Assembly: GCA_964035545.1 (NCBI GenBank)
Contig: OZ037769.1
Location: 14,228,633-14,292,632, forward strand
Origin: Bugula neritina
Lineage: Eukaryota; Animalia; Bryozoa
Direction: 5' to 3'
Length of the DNA stretch: 64,000 bases
This document shows, in pieces, positions 49,501-62,755 of this stretch; within the stretch, counting starts at the first letter, position 1; each line of letters opens with the position of its first letter. Position numbers and translations under genes: made by a program. The notes beneath the pieces were generated by a model, which saw nothing but the letters and a program-made list of their open reading frames with translations, made no database searches and was not told the DNA's origin.

Positions 49501-52052
49501 AAAGAAAAAAGGGAGGGTATTGAACTTATTGATAAGTTAAACAAGTTTAAAATATCCATAATATTGTTAAGTTTATTCCACATAAAGCTTTAACAATATA
49601 ATATGATATGTCTTTTTCTTTAGGTATTGTATTTTATATATTTTCTCGTTTAGGTACCTTGTACATTCATGTAACAGAGAAAACTATTTTAGAAGAAGTT
49701 TAAACTTGGCAGACATGAGAATGATTGCAACTATTTTTTGTTTACAAGCGAATGTAGCAAATTGAGAGAGATTTTTTGCTAGTGCATGTTAAGATGAGGC
49801 ATAACGTGTTTTTTCATATAAATAAACACCCTGTATACCCTCAACATTTTTTCTTGTGTACATCTTTTTGCATGTAACAATTAATTGTTGATATAGTAAA
49901 AGTAAACATGTAATATAATAACTATGTCAAGAAGCTAAAATCAACATGTTTAATCTACTGTACCTCCAAATTTCAGAGTGACCATATTTATGCTGATGGC
50001 CTTCTGTAAAAAACACTTCTGTTGCTAAGCTACCAGATTCTGCTAATGTCGCTTTCAATGCATCCTTAGATTCATGGGACAACAAGTCTTTTTCCATCTG
50101 AAAAACAACAAAAAACTATTTCCTAGTACTCAACTGTAATCATATTCAATAATAAAAGAGCTCAATATCAAGGTAAGGTTTTAAAAATGGATTGTACCAT
50201 AGTGTTTACAAGGCTTAGATTTGCATTGCAAAGTTATCTCGGAAATATCATTGATCTTTGGCAAATTAATTATTTACAAACTCTAAGATTGGTCAACAAA
50301 ATGCAAATATAAATTAACATTATTATCATTCAAATTTTGCCGTTCCATGATAAAATTTGAACATTTTCATATGACTCTCATACTCTATAATGGTGAAGCA
50401 GAATAAACAATTGTTTAACCTCTGCAAGGGTCTCCACGTGAAGTTTCCTGGCTTTGCTAAAAGCCTGGTACAAAATGGTTTCCTTGAGAGCGTCAGATGG
50501 GCTTCCAATTTCTGGTAGGTCTTTAGATTCCAGTCGAAACTTTAAAACCTTAAATTTATGTAATAATTGTAAAGTATTTGCAACTGTTGTAGTAATTTGT
50601 ACTTATATTCCAGGACAAATAAATAAACTGAATTGAATAAATTTCCTTATTAATTATATACATCTTTTGAAATATTATTATAGTAGCTATGTGAGCTATA
50701 ATAAAATTCACAAAAGATAGCTAAGAGGAAACATTAGAAAAATATTACAAGTATGACAAGCTGCTTTAAAATTTCAAAAGCTACAGACAATGAAAATATT
50801 TTTACACTAAAAAGTGTCCATATCCACGTTCTTTGAGATGATAATATATTCTCTTTTATGACTCGAATAAAAATAACACATTGAATTGATCTCTTCTGCA
50901 TTTTAAAAGTATTTTTGTCTTTTCACTGAATTTAAAACATAAAAAACACATAAGGTGCGTTTGGATTTTCACATAGCTCTCAAAAAGTGCATATGCATGA
51001 TTCATAAACCTTCAAATAACTCACAAACACTTTTTGTTAATAAAGGTGATAGCATACTTTAAATTTTTCAATGATTTGATTGCCGGTCAGCAGTTCATCT
51101 ACATCTGTACTCTTTGATGTGAACAACTCTTCAGCAACACTTATGACTACTTCTAAGAAATCATCTGGAATATCTGCTCAATTACAACAAAACTATTCTG
51201 AAATAAATAGCATCTTAAACTAGCAAGCAGCAAAGTTTGTATAAAAGCATTAATTAAATTTAAATAAAAAAAATCATATAAGACACATGCAATGCTTTTG
51301 CCTAAAATAACTTTTAAGATAAAGCATAGCAGTTTTGAAAACTTGGTAAAACATAAAGTGCATTCCTAACTTATTATATATATATAGGTTATGTTCTAGC
51401 AAAATTGTTTAAACGTGGGTATATATTGATTGATATTAGCTAAAAGTGCATTGTTGTAATTATGTTTTAACAGTTATATGATGTAACTTTTTATAGTGGA
51501 AGAAAAGAAATCAGAGTAGTGAGACTAAATGTTGATTATATCATATGGCGACCCCTAACCTTTTAAAGACCAGGATTTTTGCTCCTCACTTCCACCAGCA
51601 ATTTCTTTTCCTGGATAAGGAAAAGTAAACGCTGTGATGCGTTTGAAAGCCTTTTCTATCCCCTCAACTGCGTGTTTTATTTCAGCATTTGTGCTTTCCT
51701 CTTTCTACGCAAATTTGATTATAGGAACTATCACTATAAGGAAAACTTCAAAGGCAGTTTGATAAAAAAGCTTTATATAACAACTCTTGTACAATTTAAA
51801 TGTTTCTGAGTATAGAACTGAGAACTCACACACACAAACACACACAAACACGCGCGAGCATGCATATTTGCATATATATGAATTTAAGCTGTAGTCACAT
51901 ACTATATCATAAAATAGTTGAGGGTCTTCTCCAAACTTATCAGTATCCTGACAATTTCGAACTAAAAACAAGAGTTTACCAAAAAGATGGCCAGGAGCTG
52001 CATTTCCTTGGGTGTCAGAACTTCCAGCTATGCCTGCATAGTCTGTGCACAA
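46567..52052 (-). CDS. Atlastin-like large GTPase, copy B: late G domain, helical bundle, coiled coil, CaaX (CIVM); 5' exons not found
   Basis: In-frame GT-AG exons 51903-52052 (LFLVRNCQD), 51560-51704 (FTFPYPG), 51058-51173 (DIPDDF...LTGNQIIEKFK), 50420-50548 (DLPEIGSPSDAL), 49964-50097 and 46567-47137 (E/K-rich coil ending KEKPKGRSCIVM*). The first two exons have the same lengths as their copy A counterparts. Confidence 0.85.
47241..47610. repeat. 22-bp minisatellite, about 17 copies
   Basis: Unit ATA(C/T)GTCTTTCCTATAACTTAT in the last intron of copy B. Confidence 0.95.
47683..47852 (-). mobile_element. tRNA-derived SINE (decayed copy)
   Basis: GGGAGCAGCCGTGGTCTAGGGG head; similar to 60102-60290. 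Confidence 0.8.
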
Positions 52053-52860
52053 CTAAAATATAACCAACATATGTTCATCAGTATTGATCAGCTATATATA
52101 GTTTATTCTGATAATTCTCCTGTCACTGCAGATCATGCTGTACGTGTCCAAACCTGGTTTCTTCTCTTCAATGCACTAAACAGAACCAAAATTATTCAGG
52201 CTAATGTTTGTAGCAAAACTGTGTTCTACTTAAATTCATTAAAAACTTTTATTTGGCCATTTCATTTATTCTTAATAAAAAAACATTTTTCTACGTATTT
52301 TCTTTTGGTTGAAAGCTTTCTTCTGAGTCTATAATTGAGAAATCTTTCCATGAACGGGCTATAGACTAAGCAGGCACAAGTATTGACTAGATTCAATGGA
52401 AAAAATACTCTGATAAATTTCTCTGAAAGAAAAACTCATAACTCTAACTCAAAATTCTAACTCATATACAAAGCAAAAGAGTAAATAAATTTCTATGTGC
52501 AATGCTTAATTCTAGAAAAGATGCGGCGATTTTTGTCCACTACAATCGAAGGATCAATTCAGACCCAATTATAATTTTGACAAATCTATATGAAGCATAA
52601 GATAGAAATAAATCATTAAAACTAAATTTCTTTCAATATTTACAGATGCTGAAACAGTAATTTGCAAATACAGAGATGAGAGTCTCACACTTTTTGGGAA
52701 ATTAGCAACCATTAACATGATTGAACATAAATATATAACTATTCAAGTGTGACATGTGAGATACCTACAAGAATGAAGATTTCAGGTGAGCAAATATTAG
52801 AAAGTTTTGCCACAACCACACCTCTTATAAACCTAGCAGAGTTTTTTAAAAGTCAAAACT

Positions 52861-55668
52861 TGTCGCAATGCAAGCTCTCACTTTATAACTACTGTAAAGA
52901 TTTGTGATTCAATCAGAAGCGACATAACTCTCATGCTACGAATTGCTACACTAGCGTAGTCATTAGAGTTAATCCAACAATACTCTAAGCTACCTTCCAA
53001 CCTAATAACAATGACAAGCTATCTCCCATTGCATTGGCTAGTGATCACCCCATATGAATTAGCTGATGATCACCTGATCATTCTTGTATTACAACAGCTG
53101 CGCACATATAACATGACCATAATGCGCCAGCCCCACGTTGTCTTAGAATGAAGCTGGTTTAACTAAGTAGTTTGCGTTCATGCTAGTTATTATGTAGTTA
53201 ATTCTTTCTTATGCCGTTTTCACTTACTATTGTATAATTTGCGGGCAATAAATATTTCTGTGCTGAATACTCGGGATTATTGATCTGCATTGCATCTCGT
53301 CTTAAGTACCCACACATGTTGTGAACCCTATAAATCCACAACCGCGGTGGCAGCAATGGTATCTGATTAAGACCGATGCTCTTGACCAAGGAGTAGAAGA
53401 GTATGGCAAGTGACGACAAGGGAAACGTTCTTCGTCCAGAGCCGATCGAAGATGAACTAGTAGCTGTGGAGGATGTCATAGGTAGTCACGCGCTGCCTAT
53501 GGACAGGTATCATTTGCAGGTTTCCGACTTCTGTGAAGCAATTTAATGCTAAGTTCAGCAATGTGGCAGCCATCTGCAGATTGGCCTAAATTTCAACAGC
53601 ATCTTTGAGGCACTAAAAGCCCGATTTGGGCTCACCTCTTGAGATTAACGTGTAAAGCTACAAGGACTCAGGCGTGATCCTGAGACACCCTTGAGAGAAC
53701 ACACAACTCTAGTTGAACTGTTGTTGCTTGGCCGGTAGAAGGCAGGAGGAGTTTGGCGCTAAAGGCGTTTCTCAAGTCAGTTGGCAATATCGGCTTGAAA
53801 AGGCATTTTCTGGTAGCTAAAATTGACATGGATGGGGGCCTTTTGATTTAGAAGTGCCTATTCCCAAGCCGATTGCACGTGTCAACCTGGGGTGAATGCG
53901 CAGAAAGTGGAGGCCGACGACGGGCTGCCACCGCTACAGCAGTTAAAGCAGACACGTCGGCATCAGCAGCTGATAAAGCAAACTTAACCAAAGTCTGGTA
54001 AAAGAGCTGCTGGCCGAAATTAAGTGTCTGCTGCAACAACTAGTAGCTGTGCGGCCTGTTTGGCTGCCGACAGCTGTCACGGGCAGACGCCCCCTTACTT
54101 GTTGGCAGTGTAGTAGTAGTAGAGATCTCTTTAGGAGCTATCCTCACGGTGGGGGAAAACGGTCAAACCTCGACGGTCCACGGCATAATTCGCCGACCTT
54201 GGGCCTTGGTTGACTTCTCTAAGACAAAGGCCATAGCTCAAACCCAACAGGGTGAGGAGGCCCTTATCATTGGAGTGGCAAGCTCCTTGGATAGTTAGCA
54301 GACCGCAAGGTTTGCCAAAACTTCTGGCTTGGCCACTCAGAAATCGCTTTGAAGGATTGCAGGAGGAAGAATTGTGCAAGAAGTGGAAGCAAGACCGAGA
54401 TTATCTTCAGCTGCCGATGACACCTCGGAAACTTCTTCGCAATCAGAAAGCGCAAGTGCATCCCAAATTTTATGCACATGAGGTGTCACCTCGAGAGACA
54501 AGTCGTTCAGTGCGCACCTAGATCAATGTGGAAGCTGTTCTTTTCTGCCAGGCAAGCTTGTCAGCAGAGCTGCAATATTCTTGTTGAACTGGGTGTACTA
54601 CCAATCTTCTGAGCGGCGTCTTTTTGACACACTCAGTGAATGAGACAGGGCTAACCTGGAGCCATATAAAGGAGAGCACGGCACATTGGCAGATGAGTCG
54701 TGCATTCCATTCTGTGAAGTGATTGAGCTGACAGGACGAGTCCTCGATCAAGTGATCAATGAGACCTTCTTCATTAGTTAGCTGAAGGAGGACGCCATCT
54801 TAGAGATACCATTCTTAAAAAAACATAAGTGTCGAATTGACTTTAACAAGTCAGTGGCGATGTTGGCCGGGCATGAGCTTGCTTGTGTTGATAAGTTTGA
54901 CAGGCCCTTGGTGGGTGGAGTGTAGGTGACAGGTGCCCCTGAGTCCTGATGTGCAGAACAAGGTCGCGTTTAAACCCCTGAATGGGCTCCAGAAGTGGAA
55001 GGTGTTGCTGTTTGGATTTACGTCCGCTTCGGCCACTTTCCAGCAACTCATGGAGCGGTTTTCAGTGAGCTACACTGCTCATCTACCTTGTCATCGTCAT
55101 CTTCCCCGACTTCAACACTCATGTTAGTCGGCTCAGAAAGGTGTTTGATAGATTTCAAGCTGCCGGTCTGAAGCTCAAGCTCTCTAAATGCACGTTTTTT
55201 TTTAGACAGAGGTGAAATACCTAGGCCATGCAGTTGGCTAGGACGGGGTAGCTACCGACCCTGAGAAGGTAAGAGTTGTGGGCATGTTTTGTGGGTAGGG
55301 TATTACAGGCAGTGCATACTCGACTTTGCAGAGATTTTTCAGCCATTAAAATAGCTGACAGGGGGGGTTTGTTGGCAGTAGACGAATGTGGAGCAGCAGG
55401 CATTCGAGCACCTCAAGGATCGCCTGCTGGAGGCACCCATTCTGGCGTACCCCGATCCGGCGAAGGAGTGCATTCTGAACACTGATGCTAGTGACCACAA
55501 TGTGGGAGCTGTGCTGAGCTGTTAGAACAGTTGTGTATTAAAGCTCACTAATTATGTAATCGTTTTCTATTCATGCTAGCAGTAAATAACCTTCTTGTAT
55601 TTGTGTAAACAATAAAGTATCTTATCGTAAACAACCTGTCGCAGTGGCTTTGATTAAGTAGACCCACA
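52861..55668 (+). mobile_element. Decayed, internally deleted Ty3/Gypsy LTR retrotransposon
   Basis: PBS-like GGTGGCAGC at ~53347; gag remnant (IFEALKARFGLT); protease remnants (TGCTTNLLS, DAIL.IPFL); RT (KVAFKPLNGLQKWKVLLFGFTSASATFQQLM, EVKYLGH); RNase H (APILAYPDP...TDASDHNVGAVLS). LTR boundaries approximate. Confidence 0.88.
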
Positions 55669-56310
55669 AATAATAATAGTGAACTGGCAAAATTCACTAC
55701 AATATTATATCTTTTAAACTGTTACTTTCGTCTTTTAATTGTAATTTTTGAGCATTTGCCTAAAGTTGATTTAATCTAAATTGTGTATTGAATATATAAT
55801 TTACAATGGTAAATGAATATCAAAATCAGTATCAAAATTTGCATTCGGATTATTTTTATACTTTTAACAGAATTAGAGCTACATTTCTTAATTTACATAC
55901 ATGTCTTGCAACTAAAAACAGCTCCAAAAGATTAATGATGCTTTAACAACGCAAAATAATATTGAATTTAGTCTTATGCAATTTTAAATGCGTACACCTG
56001 TAATAATTTTATGCGTGGAATGTTATGATTCGCTGCATGTAATTATTGGTGTGGGTTATTAGCTGATGGAACACAGTGACTCTTTGCTGAGAATATTTAT
56101 TGATAAATAAATAAGAAGATTTATACTCACTATCCTTTATTGCACTCCAATGTATATATCCAAAAGTAGAAAAAGAGTTAGAGAGGATAACTCCTTACAT
56201 CACGTGGAAAACTATATGTACTACTATTATTCTAGGTATAAGGTAAATAACTATGCACTAAGTATACAAGTGTCCTGGCTTGGTAGCTCCGAGTTGTGTC
56301 TTCATCGCAG

Positions 56311-56378
56311 CTACCAAAGAAAAAGTGGTGGAGAAACAAAACGAAAAATCAAAAGGAGGATTATGCATTGTCATGTAA
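56311..56378 (+). pseudogene. GTPase C-terminal tip, copy D: TKEKVVEKQNEKSKGGLCIVM*
   Basis: Homologous to the last ~22 codons of copy B; frame open, CaaX intact. Confidence 0.75.
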
Positions 56379-59190
56379 AATGCTTCACTGGAAAACACCA
56401 GTCTTGGTTCCAAAATCATTCCTAAAACTTCCTGTTTTTTTATAATCCTGGTGCACTCTGCAAATTGTTGCAGGCCTAAAACTTAATTGTTATCAAAAGA
56501 AGCAAGTGTGATTTATATCCTTCTAAACAAGAATACTATTAGTCTTGTGAAAAGTGATTTTTAAATTTAATACTTTAATTTAAATGCAGTTTCTAATTCT
56601 TAAATTCACAGCTGATTATTACAAAGTTATCTTGAATATTTGTTTATGCACGCTTTGCTAGCTATATATTCATCTATTTTGTTGCTTATAAATTACTATA
56701 TTATGTTGACTAGATCTTTACATACTAATTTTTATTTGAGTAAATTTTGAGGGTTTATCAGAAATAAACTATAACAATTACTATTACAATATTGCATGTA
56801 TTTTAAACATCCTTGCCTTTCATTTTCAACGTATAAAATTGTCAATATGTATAGTAGCCATGTTGCAATGGAAATATTACTATAACTAATTGATTATACA
56901 TGCAGTTTAACATTCTTTGAATCCAACATGATGGTCATGTGTGAGGCCATTGTGTATCACACCGTTCACTTAAAATAAGGTAAATTCAAAGTATGTCCTG
57001 AATGGTGAAAAAACCACCAATTTGAATTCTATAGAAACAGAAACTGTTTGAAATTTAAACCAACTATGGTTGATTCATTTTAAAAAAAAATAAAACAGCT
57101 TTTGAAACATTTTTAAATACTTTATTTATACTCTTAACTAATGAACTTTAAATAAAGCATTTTTCAGTGTTTTAAGGTCTTATAGAGTCAAAAATGTTGA
57201 AAGAAAGCTGCTTTTATCAAGAGACTATAACATCTTAAGATTTGTACATCTGACTGTTACCACACCACAGAGTTACAGAAAGCTATACAAATAACTGATA
57301 TCTATAAAGGAACCCCACAGATTGATTGAATTTAGGAGTTACTTCCTGAATTAAAAATTAACAATTTACAGAACGACCAAAAAGATGCTTGGTGTTAAAA
57401 TGCAATGATTTTGCGCTACAAGAAATGTTGATCCTTAATTTACTTACTATAGTTGAAAAATGAAAGTTTTACCATTTTTTTTGATAATCGCACTAGTTAA
57501 TATGACAATGACTTTGGTTTAATTGTAAAAAAAGTTTCTGACTTTGTTTTCCACAAATGCGTGTATGTATGTATAGCATATGTATAATATTTATGTATAG
57601 TATATATATATAATATATTATGTACGTATGTACAGATAATATATGTATAATATATGTATAATATGAATGTTTAATATAACGTATATGTATGTATGTACCA
57701 TATATGTATAATATATGTATAATATAATATGTATGTATGTACATATAATACATGTATAATATTATATATGTATAGTATACATGCATGATATATTATACAT
57801 GTATGTATACTTATAATATATGTATAATTTATATGTATAATATATTATTATATGTATGTATAATATACGTATAATATATATGTATAATATAACAATATGC
57901 ATGTATGTATACGTGTAGTATTTGTATAATATATGTATAATATATTATAAGTATATAATATATTATACATATATAATATTATGATTATATATGCATAATA
58001 TATTTATAGTATATATGTATAATATAACATGTATGTATAATGTATAATTTATATGCAAAATAAATTTGTAAACTCTCTTAAACTTTGAACCATCTTTAAT
58101 TTTTTGGTTTAAATTAGTTTATGCACTGAATGAAAGCACACCAAAATATTTATTCAGTATAATGCGTTCCACTATATTTCTTTAAATACGTATTTTATAC
58201 TGAAACTTAAAATTGTTTGGTCAGGTATAACTTTAGAATTTTTCCATTTAGCCAAGAGCTAGCTCATCAATTTGAAAAAAAATTATAAAATTTACTTTGA
58301 TAAGATTGTGATAATCTTTTGACAGCATCAAACATTTTCTGACAGCATAGTTATATATTACATATATATATAATGCTAAAACTTGAATTTGATTGTTTTT
58401 GTTCTGTGAAATCTCAAATTTCCTATAGCATAGCCAGGTTAGTGCTAGCTCATAGATTTGTAGTAAATATATTTCTGTAAGCCAAAATTTTCATACTTTC
58501 AAAAAATATTATATTTGCAAAATATAATTCACTTTTTTTGGACAAATTGCCTGATTGCTAAAATGGTAAGCTGGGACAAACCCAAATGGTTTTCTAGTTA
58601 CCTTTTTTTTATAAATTATAGCAAAAATGTATTAATTATTATATTATTGCATAATTTGCACTAAAAGTACGCATGGACCGCGTACTATATTTACAATTTA
58701 AATTGCAGTCTAAACCCAGTCTAAATCAAAAAGCTTGTTTAAATAAATCTATACATAATATGTGCTATAAACATAAACTGAGGTATAAATAAGTGTCCAA
58801 GCTGTTCATTACTCAGTGCCTGCATAGTTGAAGGGTTAATTCAACATTCTGGAAATTTCAATAAAAACATCTGGGTTGGTCCCAGCTCACCCTTGGCGCA
58901 ATCAAGCATTTTTTTTTCAACAGAAGTAAACTTTTTTTTCAAGTATGGTGTCTGTTGAATAGATAACAACTGTTGACTTACAGAAATTTATAATTCCTGC
59001 AAATCTATAGTCGCATTATTACTGTGTGGCTGGAAAAACACTCTGAAATTTATTAGTGACAACATTGTATTAAATTATTATTTTGGTGAAACTTTTTATC
59101 AGATTAATCTCAACTTTAAAAAAAGCTTAACAAATTTAACTTGAAGCTAGATTGAGATACTGGTATTGGTAATTTTATGAATAGTGAAAA
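56311..59190 (+). repeat. Inverted segmental duplicate of the 3' end and downstream flank of GTPase copy B (~42380-46640)
   Basis: Reverse-complement similarity throughout; has one unit where the source has the tandem pair. Confidence 0.88.
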
Positions 59191-59208
59191 AACAACTTTC
59201 TAAGGTAG

Positions 59209-59368
<160 letters not shown>

Positions 59369-59637
59369 TTAACAGCATAACTGAAATTAAGTAAAGAAAG
59401 TAAACTGATACATTATATTACCTTGTTATGCCCTTCATTATCATTATTTGTAATTAGCAATCAATTTTGCTGGCATTAAGCCCAGCAAGTAGTACGAGAT
59501 ACCCAAGAGATTCATAAACAAGTTTATGTAGGTTTATATAGTACATAACATTCATCCCTCATTCATATATCATATAGTTGCTTTGATTTTGATTAGGAAG
59601 GAAAATGTGGTGCAGGATACATTTCTGACCCTGAAAC

Positions 59638-62600
59638 ATGATCAAAGCTAAGCATGTTTTTGCCAGACTTGTGGCTTACTTAAGTTTTGCTTTTACATTA
59701 GCTAACGGGTTTTTCAGCCAAGAAGAAATGCCAGCAAGTTTACCAGTTGAACTTTTTAGCTTTGAACATCAAAAAACTAGTCCAGCTATTGAAAAAGATA
59801 AATTTCTATATGGATGTGTGAACTTTCCTCACCAATCTCTAGACTTGAAGCCGGAGCATTGCAAGTATTATGGAGATTGCTGTGCAGATCCAATGAGGGT
59901 AAGGGAAAGATTGGAGTCTGGAACTTTCTCTTGCCGTCTTCTACCTGGCAATTCTAATGGTAAGCTAATTATATTATTTATATTGACAGCATATATGTGA
60001 TAACATAATATAAGTAGGAAAATAGGTAACAACGGACAAACTTGAATAGCTGCCCCAGGTGCACTTGAACCTAATCCTATCTCACGCAAGTTTATAGTCA
60101 CCATCTCTGTGAGAAACCCCTGATAAAAGGGGTTTTTGTTAAAACAAGCTAAGGACTTATTTAGATGAGGCACAGGAGTAATTATGATTGAACGTTCTTC
60201 CTAACATCACCATTGGCCTTTGTCGGGTTCGAACCCATGACTTGGTGTTCACAAAGCAAACGCTTTAACCCCTAGACCACGGCTGCTCCCTTTGAACTAA
60301 ATCCTATGCTAGATTTTAATTTAACAATAAATTCCAGGTTCATTGTATTTGGTTGAACTTCATACATGTAGATTAGGCAATTTTACCAGCTCTAGCTTAT
60401 ACAATATTTATTTACCAGTAGGTCACAAATATACCAATTTTTAAAGAGAATATACATACTGGATAACTGTTGACTATAATATGACCATTTAACTAATATT
60501 TTGATATACAATTGATAGAAGTAATTTTGAGATTTTGACAATGCAAGGAAATACAGAATATTGTCTATCTAATTCACTAAATTCACAAAAAGAAATTACC
60601 CTACACCCAGCTAAAAAGTTGGTTATGTAAAGCAATCTAGACTATTTGTATGTTACATTATAAATTATGAGTACCATATATCCGCGTCTGCATATGCATT
60701 TTTTTTTAATGCAAGTTTTACTTTATAAAATGATTGACTTCAAAACAATATAATATATACCGATTATTTAGCGTAGGGTTCTCTTATTACCTAAATCACT
60801 CACTCACTGTTTAAGTTAGAATATTAGAAATTGATTGAATAAAAAGGTAGCTATATGCCAGCTATTGTTCAAACAAATTAGTTTTATCCCACAAACTTAT
60901 CATTAGCATATATAGTATATATAGTATATATATATATAGTTTATAGTATATAGTATATAGTTTATATAGTATATAGTTTATATAGTATGTATAGTATATA
61001 TAATAATATATATTATTATAGTTGCATTTATATACGCGATGCATGCAGAGATATAAACACTTGGTTGATTTGCATTTAAATTCTTTCAGTATTCTAATTG
61101 TGCAACTTTATAGTAGATTTATCATTTATTTAATTTTGATTTCTTAATGCATGCTTTCATATAAGAAATATTTTTGTTAATAAATTCTTATTTTATGACG
61201 CAAATAAAAAACTGCATGTTAGTTCTCAACATATAACTGTTTATAACTAGATTACTTCAAGAAACATTTCTGTTTATATCTGCACCTAAACACTCTACTT
61301 CAAGTTTGTTTGGTATGTTGATTGTGCTTTAGATGCAGGATATTACTATATAGTGGACAGATGTCCATCCCACACAGCCAGCAACACTCTGTCTAAGCTC
61401 TGCAAACATAACAGGAAATCCTTTGGTAAGCAGTAAAAAGTCCTTTAATAAATAAAAGTCGCTCATTTGAGTATATATAGGTGACAATAATGGCTTTCAC
61501 ATCTCGTGTATATATACATATGATGTGAAAGCCATTACCGTCACCTATACCCAAATGTATACAATATATACAAATATGTATATTTTGAAAAATCTTGTAG
61601 ACATCTAAAACTAATTCTCAAGAAATATTTGAGTTATCCTGTAATATCTTTGTTTACACCTACAAATATGATTAATTTTGTTTTAAAGATAATAACTAAA
61701 AAACAAAGCCTTGTTTATCAGATTTTAGGCTCTTTGAACAATTTTCTTGTTTATGTCAAGTTGCTTTATTTGCATGCCTCTTGATAAGCTAAAATTTTAA
61801 AATATTTTATACTACCAAAATTCTTTTACTGCATCCAAACAGCAAAATATTAATAGTTTAAACTTTTGATTTAGAAGTGCCTTTTCCTGTTTTGTAGTCA
61901 TTTTTTTGTCATTGATTTTCAGTATATCTTGCTTAATTCACTGGAGACTTGAAAATTAATTATAATAATTGTAAACATTATGCATGCATTATATAAATAT
62001 ATAATTATGAGAATATATGTTTAATAAATCAATTATAGTTGTATACTTTATCTGCCACTACTTCTCAATCTCTTATGATATTTAATCAATCTAATTCCCT
62101 TGTGCATGTCTAACTGCTTGGCATATAGTGCAAATCAAATCAAAAATTGTTTTTTGCCTGCTTCAAATATGCTGAGAGTTTAGTATGTGTTTCTCGTGGT
62201 GTTATATGGGGGATGTCGAAATAAATAGTTTTAGGCTGAAAAGTCAAAACCCTAGCTTTTATTTTTTGCATGTATAGGGAACATTAACAGATCCAGTAAA
62301 ATTTGCAGCAACTTTTAACAAAAAGAAAGCTTTCTTCTAACATTTCTTTGAGCTTTTAAATCAGTCGATCAACAATCCTTGAACATCAGGGCCAACCAAC
62401 CAATTTTATAATCTTGTTTAAACAATGTTTGGCAACTAAAATAATACTATCTATTTCATCAAACTGTGTTCTATGTTATATTATATTAAAAAATTAGAAT
62501 CTGTATTCTCTCAGCCAGATTCAACACAGAAGACTGGTTGGTGACTTCCAGGAAGACAGGAATAACGTACAACAACATCTACTGCGCCATCTGTCACGGT

Positions 62601-62755
62601 GAGCTAGCCTCAGATCCAAAGAGTCTTGGGGGAAGGGTGCCAGACGTCCAGTTCTGGTGGCTCAGAATTAATTGTGAGAAAAGTATGGCTGAACAAGTAA
62701 CAAAGAAGTATAAGAACAATATTCTATCAACTTTGATATCATTGATTAACAGCAA
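59638..62755 (+). CDS. 5' exons of a Cys-rich secreted or receptor protein, probably an invertebrate adhesion/Methuselah-like GPCR ectodomain
   Basis: In-frame exons 59638-59959 (signal peptide; CKYYGDCCAD, somatomedin-B-like), 61333-61425 (YYIVDRCP) and 62515-62755 (VTSRKTGITYNNIYCAICHG). The 7TM region is not seen in the window. Confidence 0.75.
60102..60290 (-). mobile_element. tRNA-derived SINE
   Basis: A box TGGTCTAGGGG, B box GGTTCGAACCC, body GGCCAATGGTGATGTTAGGAAG, 3' hairpin; second copy at 47683-47852. Confidence 0.85.
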
